Shown one piece after another: positions 1 through 10,925 of a stretch of 64,000 nucleotides of DNA. A program made the position numbers and the translations under genes. Below the pieces are notes generated by a model, which worked only from the letters and a program-made list of their open reading frames with translations, was not told where the DNA came from and made no database searches. Numbering within the stretch: the first letter of the stretch is position 1; every line of letters starts with the position of its first letter. The DNA comes from Pseudogymnoascus verrucosus (taxonomy: Eukaryota), in assembly GCA_001662655.1 (NCBI GenBank), contig KV460208.1. One strand, written 5' to 3'.

Positions 1-1391
1 TGACTTTCTGCAACTTGTGCGTAGCCGTTTCGCTGGCTGAATTGTGCAGCAGCATGCCGACCGCATTGGGGCAAGCATACTGGGTTTCTCGCCTCTGGAC
101 ATCGCCACTCGGTCGTTTTGTCTCATATTCCTGTGCCTGGATCAATGTATTCGGCTGGTGGACTCTTGCGGCGTCGCAGAATGCGTTTATGACAGACATC
201 ATTCTCGGCATGAATGTCATGTTAGATGAAAGCTGGACTGAAGGAGACAAAAGATGGTTGAAATTTGTCATATATATTTCAATCACTATAATCATGACAG
301 TGTCTAATATCGTCGCATGCCGCAGGGATTGGATTCTCCGCTGGTTCAACAACGTTGTTGGTGCTTGGTTCGGAGCGGAGTTCATTATTTTCGCTCTCGC
401 CATGCTCATCTCAGTGGGCGTCAAATCCGATCTTTCCTTCCAGCCTGCTTCATTTGTCTTCACTCAGTGGATCAACAACACGGGCTGGAGTGATGGCGTT
501 GTCTGGTTTATAGGCCTCGTCCAGTCAGCCTACGGATTGACGGCTTTCGACTCCGTGATCCACCTGATAGAAGAACTTCCATCCCCTCAGAAGAATGGCC
601 CGCGGATTATTTGGCTTTCTGTTCTTATAGGCTCGATATCTGGCATGATATTCATGATCGTTTGCCTTTTCTGCATTCAAAGTCTGGAAAAAGTCCTACA
701 ACCCCCTTCTGGGTTTCCGTTCTTGGAGCTCCTTAAGGAGACCATCGGGCCCAAAGGGGGTTTTGCGCTCATCGTTTTTTTCACAACACAAATGCTCGGG
801 CAGGCCGTCAGCATGACGACAACCGCCTCTCGTCTAACATGGGGTTTTGCGCGCGATGGCGGCCTCCCCTTTAACAACTACCTGACGCATGTCGACAACT
901 ACTGGAAAGTTCCGGCACGAGCTCTGTGGTTTCAGGGTGGTATCATTGGCTTAGTAGGCGTCCTATACTTCTTTACAGAGGTCGTCATCCAAGCAGTCGT
1001 GAGCGTCTGCACTATCGCCCTAACAATCTCATACGGGATCCCCATTCTCGCGCTCGTGATGTTCGGGATGGGCGATATCCCGCCTGGAGATTTCACCCTT
1101 GGCCGTCTGCGCCCTGTCGCTAACTGGGTCGGCCTGACATATTGCGGTGTTACAACGGTGTTCTTCTTCTTTCCTAGCTCGCCTAAGCCTACTGCCATCG
1201 GGATGAACTATGCCATTGCGGTGTTTGGAATCATGGTCCTCATTGCGATTAGTTTCTGGTTCATTAAAGGGCAACATACCTATTTGCGGACAGACGGAGC
1301 TTTGGTAGAGATGAACCGTGCTGAGCAACTAGAAGCTCAGAATGGAAGACGAATATATCCAGAGCAAGATCAAGCTTCAAAGATAAGCTAA
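1..1391 (+). CDS. APC-family amino acid/choline/GABA permease (5' end lies upstream of the window)
   Basis: Frame is open from base 3 (TFCNLCVAVSLAELCSSMPTALGQAYW). Many hydrophobic helices; motifs GFDS-like AFDSVIHLIEE, ASRLTWGFARDGGLPF and MNYAIAV typical of fungal ACT-family permeases. Confidence 0.9.
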   Translation, partial: TFCNLCVAVSLAELCSSMPTALGQAYWVSRLWTSPLGRFVSYSCAWINVFGWWTLAASQNAFMTDIILGMNVMLDESWTEGDKRWLKFVIYISITIIMTVSNIVACRRDWILRWFNNVVGAWFGAEFIIFALAMLISVGVKSDLSFQPASFVFTQWINNTGWSDGVVWFIGLVQSAYGLTAFDSVIHLIEELPSPQKNGPRIIWLSVLIGSISGMIFMIVCLFCIQSLEKVLQPPSGFPFLELLKETIGPKGGFALIVFFTTQMLGQAVSMTTTASRLTWGFARDGGLPFNNYLTHVDNYWKVPARALWFQGGIIGLVGVLYFFTEVVIQAVVSVCTIALTISYGIPILALVMFGMGDIPPGDFTLGRLRPVANWVGLTYCGVTTVFFFFPSSPKPTAIGMNYAIAVFGIMVLIAISFWFIKGQHTYLRTDGALVEMNRAEQLEAQNGRRIYPEQDQASKIS

Positions 1392-2291
1392 CTGATTTAA
1401 CCAAGAATGATGTACTTAGGCGCTTTATTTATCACTTAGTCTTCAGTACCTTTGCATTGTACACTTTTGGCATTATTGGAATCAGTTATCATACTAAATT
1501 TGAATTTAAATCGATTCGCAGTCTATGATTTCCTTATTGAAAGTAATCTTAGAAAGCTATTACTGTGCGTCCTTGGGTTCAGTAATACTGCATTCACGAT
1601 GCCTCATGGTTCCCCGACACTCTGATACCAGTTTCTCTAGAAACCCCGATACAGCTTCTTTCTTACTCTGCAAGAGCAAACAGAAAGAGTGTCAGGTGTC
1701 CGCATTACAGCTTCCCGGGGTCCTGTCTTTCAGACCCCACTCCCGCCGTACCCCCCTGCCAACTATGTAGGGCCCACTCCTTTCAAAGCTGGGGTTTTTG
1801 TGTCAATAGTGGATACGTAGTTTGGCAATTCGGGAAAGCTGCGCTTGTGCGGTAATGGTGGCATCCGAGACAAGGCTACTAAACTGTTTCAAGCAGCCCG
1901 ATTGCCCAAATTCTTGGGGCTAGTTTATTACGCATGTCCAGCACGGCAAGTCTCCTCCAACAGCCATTCCTTAGACGAGGCGTTCTATTCCTCAGTTCCT
2001 ATAATATGAACCCCGCATGAAATGAGCCCTTATCCAACGCCACTTACAAGCCCCACCTCTATAATAGCAAGGTGCTGCTCTACATTATGGCACTAACGCA
2101 TTATCCCAATTCGGTCCCAAGGGCTTGCCTTATATATAGAACCCCATGTCCCGCAGAATCACTCTTCTATTCGATTAACTATATATATACGGTACTGCTA
2201 CTCTCGAAAGGCTCACTCTCAACGATCCCTCAATCAAACATATTTCGTCTACAAATAACTTCGATTTCTCACCTTTGAGCTATACCCCAAA

Positions 2292-2702
2292 ATGCCAGGT
2301 CCAACATTCCATAACTACCCTGGCATCGGTGCCAAAAACTCAGAAGCATTCCACTACTCCCAAGCCGTTAAAGTCGGAAATATCGTCAAATGCTCCGGTC
2401 AGGGAGGTTGGGATGCTGAAGGTACAATCGAGACGGACCCCGAACTCCAGATCCGTCAAGCTATGGAGAACGTTTTGAAGGCGCTGAGAACTGTTGATGG
2501 GAGGCTGGGTTGGGAGAATGTGTATGCGGTTAAGTCGTATCATGTGGACATAGAGGACACTTTCGATATTATGACGACTGAGTTCAAGCGCTTATCACGT
2601 ACGCTTCGCCCGGTTTGGACGTGTGTTGAGGTTGGGAAGTTAGGGATTCCTGGTATGCTTGTTGAAGTGGAAGTCGAGGCTTGGATTGAAAATCGAGAGT
2701 GA
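2292..2702 (+). CDS. Rid/YjgF/YER057c/UK114 family protein, subfamily lacking the catalytic Arg
   Basis: HYSQAV, SGQGG, Q..QAMENV and VEVEVEA motifs; RPVWTCV where RidA has PARxxV. Confidence 0.9.
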   Translation: MPGPTFHNYPGIGAKNSEAFHYSQAVKVGNIVKCSGQGGWDAEGTIETDPELQIRQAMENVLKALRTVDGRLGWENVYAVKSYHVDIEDTFDIMTTEFKRLSRTLRPVWTCVEVGKLGIPGMLVEVEVEAWIENRE

Positions 2703-2941
2703 GGTGAGGGCAGGGAAGCGGCTTTCGGATATTCCAGCCTAGATGGCCCTCTCGAAGTGACTACGCAATAATGCTCGAGGTTAAATTAAAATTAGATTTG
2801 GTTGGCCTTCTTTCTTGTCGTAGAGTAACCAGTCTATTTATTTTTGAAATGAAGGAAACCATCTTATTATAGGTGATCCTAAATGGTGATAGTAACAGCG
2901 GCTATTAATAAGATACATACTTATAGTTTTAGTTACAAACC

Positions 2942-4366
2942 CTATAAAATATAAACGCCTTTACTGAAATCTTTGAACGTATGGAACCAGTCACCGGCCT
3001 GTCCACCGGGCTTCCACAATGTTCTCAAATAGCTTTGGAGTACCTTTATATTGCCAAACTGCAGCTGCATCTCAATAATATCAAGATTCTTCATTACAGT
3101 CTCTCGGTGGAAATCTGCGACGCTATGAGCTCCAGCTACACAGTAGGGAAATAGAGCGCAAGTTTGGTATCCCGCCTGTTCTGAAAGCATTGAAAGAGCC
3201 TCGAGACATTGCTGGACTCTCTGCTGGACAAGTTTATGGTGGGTTGGAAACTTGCAAATAGCCCGGTAGAGGTAAATGAGTGCACAATATCGAAAGGCGC
3301 GGAACAGCGACTGTGCTTCCATATAGCGATGGTGCTGTGTCAGATCTTCAGTGGCATCTTGCATCACGCTATATAGGGAAACCTCCTTTAGCGGTGCTTG
3401 AAGATTGGACTCAAAGTCTTGCACTTTTTCAACGCTCACTTCGGATGCTGGATTTTCGGTATGATCAAGTGCGTAGTGTGCCATCTTCGCAAGTTCCTTG
3501 AATATGGCTGCAGGTGATTCTTCTCCTCCAATATCTTCCCACCAAGATCTGCCGGAGTCAAATTTTGACCATAACTCTGGTACTATATATGGCCTTTCGC
3601 CAAGAATCAATGCTCGTGAGAGGTCCATCGAGGCAAATTCGGACAGTAAAACAAGTTCGTTGGGCGCCGCTCTTAATATAGCCTCTAGAGGTCCCCCAAG
3701 AATGTTGATTACAGCCTGAGCACCTAGCTGGTGCTCAATCGTAGCTGCCATACCGTCCTGCGGATTCAGATAACCATCGAGCATGCACAAAAAAATAGAA
3801 GTCATAACTATAGCACGTGATTGCTCTTCTTCTTTTATGCCTTTTGCAAGCTGGATTCTGAGGGAGGAGATACAGGCCAGTCGAGCCTGTTCGCTTTCAG
3901 TCTTCAATTTGTTGGTTGGCGCATCCGCTGCTTTGTGGGTTGTTGCCAGAGCAAGAATAGATAGCAGTAAAGGGGGCGATTTGAGAGCTAGAGTGAAAGG
4001 CACAGACGACTCGACACCGCCAACGAAAAGTAAAGGCCAGACTTTCTGGCGAAAATAATCGAAGGCGCTCTGCTGGCTAGCAGACAAGGTGCTGATTCCT
4101 AGTTCCTGCCTCGGGGTTGAATCCTGGCCGGAGGTTGAATCGCGTACAGGAATGTTTTTCCCGGCAAGGTACCCTCTGGATGCTAATGAGTCCTGCCATT
4201 TCAGGAGGCGTTTGCTATAGTTGCAGACTAGATCGGCTTTGGCGCATTTGCGACAAGTCGGCTTCTGCAAGTCACACATTACACGCCGACTTCGACATGG
4301 CCAGCAAGACCCCGGCACGGTTCGAATGCGCTTCTGACCATTAGATGGTTGCTTGCGAAGTGTCAT
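2942..4366 (-). CDS. Zn(II)2Cys6 transcription factor with Fungal_trans_2-type C-terminal domain
   Basis: CWPCRSRRVMCDLQKPTCRKCAKADLVC cluster followed by LKW; C-terminal ALIYLYRAI...LFPYCVAGA. First ATG at 4366 (the ORF track starts at TTG 4420). Confidence 0.9.
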   Translation of the reverse strand: MTLRKQPSNGQKRIRTVPGSCWPCRSRRVMCDLQKPTCRKCAKADLVCNYSKRLLKWQDSLASRGYLAGKNIPVRDSTSGQDSTPRQELGISTLSASQQSAFDYFRQKVWPLLFVGGVESSVPFTLALKSPPLLLSILALATTHKAADAPTNKLKTESEQARLACISSLRIQLAKGIKEEEQSRAIVMTSIFLCMLDGYLNPQDGMAATIEHQLGAQAVINILGGPLEAILRAAPNELVLLSEFASMDLSRALILGERPYIVPELWSKFDSGRSWWEDIGGEESPAAIFKELAKMAHYALDHTENPASEVSVEKVQDFESNLQAPLKEVSLYSVMQDATEDLTQHHRYMEAQSLFRAFRYCALIYLYRAICKFPTHHKLVQQRVQQCLEALSMLSEQAGYQTCALFPYCVAGAHSVADFHRETVMKNLDIIEMQLQFGNIKVLQSYLRTLWKPGGQAGDWFHTFKDFSKGVYIL

Positions 4367-4705
4367 ATTAGAACTAGTTGTAGACGTTGACCTCTGTCTG
4401 GGATTGAATCCACCAACCAATACCCTGTGGACTGTCCGCTGAATTGCCTAGACGGGGTGTTTAGTCGGACTAGCCAACAACACTGCGCTGAAGATGCGAT
4501 GTCCCGCGTCCAGAGAGACAGACTATGAGACGGTATTCAAACAGAAGGTAAAGAGGCCACGGGTGGAGGTGGAGCGTGCAGGTGATAGGTAGCTTAATCA
4601 TGGTGTAACTCGAGGAGCTGCACCTTGTCAAGAGGCCACGTTTTAAAGGGAAGGACAATTGACCATAATAAGTGTACAGATAATTGAGGATCGTAAATGT
4701 TTAAA

Positions 4706-4962
4706 GATGCGGAGTAGCGTGGACGATGTTCAAGAGAGAAGGAGAATTGGCCATTTGTAGGGAAGGTAGAGATAGCGGAATCGGAGAATGCGGGGTAGCG
4801 TCGGACGATGTTCAAAAGAGAAGGAGAATCGGCCATTTGTAGAGAAGGTACAGATAGCGGAATCGGAGAATGCGGGGTAGCGTCGGACGATGTTCAAAAG
4901 AGAAGGAGAATCGGCCATTTGTAGAGAAGGTACAGATAGCGGAATCAGAGAATGCGGGGTCG
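4706..4962. repeat. 82-bp tandem repeat, about 3 copies, in the divergent TF/ALDH intergenic region
   Basis: Unit AATGCGGGGTAGCGTCGGACGATGTTC...GATAGCGGAATCGGAG starts at 4706 (diverged, 81 bp), 4787 and 4869, with a partial copy at 4951. Confidence 0.95.
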
Positions 4963-5320
4963 CTTAATTGGGAAGCTCGATTGACCAACTCCATAATATC
5001 CAAGCTTCACCAGTTGGCATCAACTGAAACACGAAATGCGCTTTTCAATCGTCTCTGTGGTCCATTTCGCGACATCTACTACGTATTCTCAAGTTTATTT
5101 GCCGTCTTTCCATTTCCTACTTTGCTTCCTGACTATGGCCCTCGGCATAGATCGCCTCGCTATCCCGCGGATCCTATGGCTACCATTTCGTAATAGAATT
5201 AAGCTGTGGCGTTAAAAGGCCTAGCTAAACCCCTCAGATATAACTTTCGTCTGTACCGTTACGAATTGCATTTTGTTCCCACTACCGCTGTTTTCAAATA
5301 TTCTCCGTGTTCTAAGAAAT

Positions 5321-7135
5321 ATGGCAAACGCTGTAGAATTAACTGCTCCAAATGGAGTCAAATACTCGCAACCTACAGGTACAACCACTCCCCCTTCGCA
5401 AATGTAACTTAAGTCAGATTTCCCCGATTCTGACACGACACTCAAGGCTTGTTCATTAACAATAATTTCGTTCCCGCTCAGTCAGGCCAAACGTTGGAGA
5501 CGATCAGCCCAAGTGACGAGAAAGTAATCACCAACGTTGCATGTGCAAATGCAGACGATATCGATGTAGCTGTTGAGGCTGCTCGAGCTGCATTAAAGAG
5601 CCTGGAATGGAAAGGAATCTCAACTTCTGCACGTGGTCTCTTGTTGTTCCGCCTAGCTGACTTGGTGGAGCGAGATCGAGCTATCTTGGCAACGATCGAT
5701 GCTTGGGACGTTGGAAAGCCATACACCGTGGCATTTGAAGAAGATTTAGGAGAGGTCATCCAAGTCTTCCGCTATTATGCTGGATTTGCAGATAAACAAT
5801 TTGGCCAAACTATTGATACAACTCCAGAGAAATTTGCATATACCCGCCACGAACCCATTGGTTAGTGTATGATCCACTGGATAGCTATCATATGCTAACT
5901 CTGCAAAGGCGTCTGCGGCCAAATTATTCCTTGGAACTATCCTGTAATGGTGAGCAACAAAGTAAAGCTCTCTCTCTCTTCGCTTTTCTAACTTCTAAAA
6001 ACAGATGGCGGCATGGAAGCTCGGTCCAGCACTAGCTTGCGGAAATACTGTCGTTCTCAAAGCTGCCGAACAAACGCCACTCTCTGTGCTCTATCTTGCT
6101 AGTCTTATCAAAGAGGCTGGATTTCCTGCAGGGGTTGTCAATATTGTTAACGGCCTGGGTCGCGTTGCAGGAGCTGCAATGACTGGTCACCTAGGAATCG
6201 ACAAAATTGCCTTTACAGGAAGTACTGTCGCGGGCCGCGAAATCATGAAAGCTTCAGCCATCAATCTTAAGAGCATCACGCTGGAAACTGGAGGCAAAAG
6301 CCCATTAATCGTTTTCGATGATGCTGAGCTGGATCAAGCTATTAAGTGGACGCACGTTGGGATCATGAGTGAGTCGATTGTGTACGTCTCTAGAGTTACG
6401 GCTGACTTCGTATAGGCAACATGGGACAGGTTTGCACATCGACTTCAAGGGTCTACGTTCAAGAAAGTGTTTATAGCAAATTTGTCGACGGGCTGAAGGA
6501 CTATGTTCAAACAGCAACTGTCATCGGTGATCCCTTTGCAGAAAAGACTTCTCACGGACCCCAGGTATCAAAAATCCAATTTGATAAAATCCTCAAATAC
6601 ATCGAAATTGGCAAATCTGAAGGTGCAACCCTTGTGGCCGGAGGCAAGAGGCACGGCGAGAAAGGATTTTTCATAGAGCCAACAATCTTCTCCGACTCAA
6701 ATGACTCGATGACTATTGCAAGAGAAGAGGTTTTTGGACCCTTTGTTGTAATTTCGCCTTTTAAGACCGAGGAAGAGGCAGTCACAAGAGCAAATGACAC
6801 CCAATATGGCCTGGGTGCTGCTGTTTTCACCCAAAATATCGCAAAGGCTCATCGTGTCTCGGCTGAAATCGAGGCGGGCATGGTTTGGGTAAGTCAATGC
6901 TGATTGCACACCTTTCCGACACGGCTAACTCGCATGAACAGATCAATAGCTCCAATGACTCTCATTATGGAATTCCTTTCGGCGGTTACAAACAGAGCGG
7001 CATTGGACGAGAACTTGGCTCATATGCTCTTTCTGCGTACTCGCAAGTTAAAGCTGTTCACGGTAAGCAGTATTGGTAATAGATAAGACTAACTGCCGCT
7101 AACGTTTGATAGTCAACCTAGGCGTACGTCTATAA
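5321..7135 (+). CDS. Aldehyde dehydrogenase (ALDH1/2-like), 7 exons
   Basis: [12 protein letters not shown]...[26 protein letters not shown], catalytic [25 protein letters not shown]. Introns ~5379-5446, 5861-5908, 5950-6004, 6369-6414, 6889-6941, 7063-7112; ends VNLGVRL*. Confidence 0.95.
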
Positions 7136-7779
7136 GAAAGTATAGAGCGCTCCGTCTAGCATAGATAGTGCAAGTAGGAAATAGCGTGGCTAATACCAGC
7201 AGGGGAAGCTGTTAGAATCATTCTCGTCCATTAATTTTCTATGTAGTAGGCTCATGTAAACGCTTCTACCCTAATAAGTGCCTATAATGATTCAGTAAAC
7301 TAAGTTTCAAGTGTACTGCTGGTATCCTGTAGACTGGTAAAACAGATGCTCAGGACAGCGAGTTGCAAAACGTCCTCCGGAACGTAGCCCCACCACGCTC
7401 ACCCACGCTCACTTATACCACTGGATTATTCATGGCCATACGAAGTCGCAGTGCATTGCGTTCATCTCGTCTTAATACGAGACCTATTTCGTGCGTGTCG
7501 ACGTGGTCACCATCATGTAGCTGAGGGAGACAACCGGATCATCGTGAGGCATCAAAAATGTGAGGGCGCCGACGTTCACCCACTAGTCCAAATGGCACCG
7601 TTCTAAGCATTAATTAACTGAAAGCTCGAAATTCAGTGGATTGATGCTCTCAATCGTGCCAATAGGCATAGCGTGGAATCTGAGCCCCTTGCCGCCTTAA
7701 GGGTAAAGCGAGGGTGAGCCGAGGGGTAAGTAGGGTGAGTAGGGTGAGTAGGGTGAGGCGACCCACCGTTTTCGTGTTA

Positions 7780-9830
7780 ATTTCGTGTTAGTCTTGCGTT
7801 AATTTCGTAATAATACCAGAGTGTGGCTGTTTTAGCTTACGTACCTTGTTTTATGTGTCTTGCTCTTATTTTCTATAATCTACCATTTATAAGCTATAAA
7901 TCTAAGCTATGTAAACTAAGCCCTAAAAAATATAGAGGACTTCCTCCGAATAACAAGAGTTCTCATATGACTGAAATCTAAATGGTGATTCAATTAGGTC
8001 CTCGGACCTGTCATTGACACACCCCTAACACCTATTAGGAGAGTGGCCGAAGGGTGGTTCAACTCCACCGTCGAAGCTCCTGGTGGCAAAGGCACCTCTC
8101 CTACCTACTACAGGAAAACAAATCAACTACAATGCTTCCAAAAATATAGAGGTGCCACATTAGGACTATAAATCAGATGACTAGATTGTGAAGTTCATGT
8201 AATTTAGAGAATTAGAATAGGAACTAAATCTATAATCTAACGACATTTAAACTTCTTATAAGCATAGTAATTCCTTCTACTAGACAATCTTAATCTCATT
8301 ATACTCTATACTACTAGGAGGTAAAAGCTATTCTAGGCTCTTAATAATTATAGTAAGTGCACCTTCTATTAGCTTTAGTACATGCTAATTAAGACCTAGC
8401 CCCTTACTAAATTAAGGGGCTATAATCTATAGATCTACCTAATATATACATAGTACTAATAGGTGTACTATATAGATAACATATTACTAAGGTTTATACT
8501 TATGTTCTACCTACGGACTACACCCCTAAATTACCTAAGAACACCATCTCTCTTAACTCCTGAACTGAATCTCATTTATGTGCCTATTCCGTTCTCCTAA
8601 GTAGTCCGTGACCGCGGCTTCGCTCTCCACACCTAATACACCTAACACGTCCGACGACTGTTCATTCTTCCAAACCTGGAATTCCTGAACAATGGCCTGC
8701 AACCCATGCATACTGATCTTTTGCCGCTCTGTCAATTTATATGTCGGCCGGTCCTCTGGCTTCTCTTTCTCCGCACTCAACACATAACACAACAACTGTC
8801 GCCATACATGCGTATAACTACGAACTGTGGTGATGTCCATCCAACTGTCAAATGGCATTCGCGCTTCTTCCGTGGCCTCCTTCCGATGCACCTCGAATAA
8901 TGCTGCCTAACTAACAGCCTCTTGCACCGTGATATATTGTGCCTCTCGGATCATCCAATCAAATGCCTTACACATCGTTTGCAATTCCAGTTCGTCGTCA
9001 TCAGGCATCTCCACCCATCCTCGGATTTTGGCTCGATCTAATCCTGCTAAATGGGCGGCCCATCCTACACGGCGTAACCATGGGTTGGGCTCACGATGTT
9101 CGTCAGCCTCCTTGATCTCCCGGCGCTCTTTCTCTTCGGCCCTGCGGAATGCCGCTTCCATCTCATGCCTGGCTATGCGAAATTGATGTGTACGTGAGCT
9201 CATCCCCTGTGGACTTAGCTGACTCTCCTTCCCTTAGACCTCAAAAGCCGGGATTTGGGTCCCTGTACAGAAACCCGCTGGTAATGGACCTTAATCCTCT
9301 ATGGCACATCTTGTTGCTTGCCCTTCTTAGGTCTGCCATTATGTTTGCTCTCCCATTCGTGCTCCTCTATGCAATGCGCTCTCATCCGGCTTACTATGCC
9401 ACACATATACTTTCACTCCTTTTTACTCCTATAGCGTTCTTAATGGCGTTCTTAAATACTTCTTTAGTTACTTGTTTAATTGCCTATGCTCCTATCCCAC
9501 TAATGATCCTGCCTTGTAATAACCCTAACCTCAACTCCGACGACAACATTGCAACCCTATAACACCAGCACTTTAGTATTTAAATTTCTAAACTAGGTAT
9601 GACATTTATATAGCACTCACATATATATGCCTAAGTTAGAGAGCTTTAGCAGTGCTTTTATATGAAAATCTAATAATCTCCCCTAGCCTAAAATGAAAAG
9701 CGCTCCCTAGACCCTAGTCACTTTTCGACTAGGGTTCTAATTGGTTAATAAACCGCTCCTAGCCCTAGGATCGCAGCGTCAGCTAGGCGGACTAGGAGGC
9801 AATTTTCTCTAATTCTTTAGGGAGATTCTG
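7780..9830 (-). mobile_element. Degenerate, RIP-like mutated transposon relic with DUF3505 (OrsD/telomere-linked RecQ helicase-associated) coding remnants
   Basis: Minus-strand fragments MRAHCIEEHEW...DVP*RIKVHYQR..VQGPKS, REPNPWLRRVGWAAHLAGLD and YTHVWRQLLCYVL are broken by stops and frameshifts. Flanks (8150-8550, 9570-9830) are AT- and TpA-rich. Family call is from motif recall; boundaries are approximate. Confidence 0.7.
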
Positions 9831-9831
9831 A

Positions 9832-10925
9832 CTATAACTTTTCGTTCTGATTCGGGATCGGATAAAGGGGCGAATCCATTCCCATATAGCCGACCAGATC
9901 AGCCCTGAGGTCAATGTTAATAAGTATTCGAAGCAATTTTCTAGCTTGCAAGCACATACATTAACACTGTGCCTTGCAATGAAGGGTTAAGAGCTTCGAT
10001 GCCTCCTCGGGTTTCTACCATTTTGATCATCCCATCTCTGTGGGTACGCCACCCCTCGTGACTTCCGAGTATGAACTACCAAACTCTAGATCAGATTGCT
10101 CAGTCTAATGGGGCGGCTAAGACCTACCTCAACCTTTGCAAGATAAGCCACAGCTCCGATACTTGCATCTGAGACTCCCGACACTTCTTCCATATCCTGG
10201 TTCAGGTAGTGAATTGCTTCTAATTTGTGAAGCATACTTTCACGTGATGCTTGTCTTCCTAAATAAAAGTCCATGTACAACGCAGAGCTGCAAATGATCA
10301 TATGAAATAAAGCAGCGTTTGTCATGGCTAATGAAAAGAGGCTCGGTTGCCCCGTGCTGTGCGTCAAACAAGGCTCCTTTGGATACATGTTATGAACGAC
10401 AACAGAAAGGTCTTTGGCAGCGAGAGTCAGCAGGGGTTTCTACTGGACTACAATAAACATGCAAAGTGCTTGAAATGGAAAATGAACTGACAAAGATGAA
10501 CGAGTCTATACATGTGAGGTCGCATCGGAACAGGGTATAAGGCGAATGGATCGAGATTTCCCTTCAGCTGTACAAGAGGCCCAAATGGGTTGAAGCTCCC
10601 CTGATAGCTAGCTCGAATAGGGTCTCGGTGGACTTCATTCCTGTGGGCCATTGGCTTTAACTGTGACTTCTGGGCTGGATGCCTCTGTTTCCGCCGGAAA
10701 TTAGTCATCACGTGAGTTCGGATCAATGTCCGAGCAGCTTTCTCTTTTGGTTTTGGCTCTGAGGAATTGATAAATGCCAGTGTCTGGGTCTCTAGGCTCT
10801 GCCCTTTCAGGTCTTTTGCATGCTTCTTCTCTGGTCATGTTAATGGAATTCAAATAATGCATAGTGATGGCGGAGTACTTACTGATGCTAGCCCGATTCT
10901 GATTGGAATTGTAGATCATGACCAT
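9832..10925 (-). pseudogene. Fungal transcription-factor-domain-like gene (IRxHVM / DPF family), about 5 exons, apparently 3'-truncated
   Basis: Spliced peptide ...LAFINSSEPKPKEKAARTLIRTHVMTNFRRKQ...GNLDPF...AMTNAALFHMII...HKLEAIHYLN...HRDGMIKMVETRGG...ADL stops at 9832, at the edge of the TE relic. Start codon uncertain. Confidence 0.6.

Noticed and set aside
4706..4962. CRISPR-like array
   Set aside because: Head-to-tail repeats with no unique spacers, no cas genes, and eukaryotic DNA.
4594..5193. Short ORFs over the 82-bp repeat
   Set aside because: Frame-shifted translations of the same non-triplet repeat unit.
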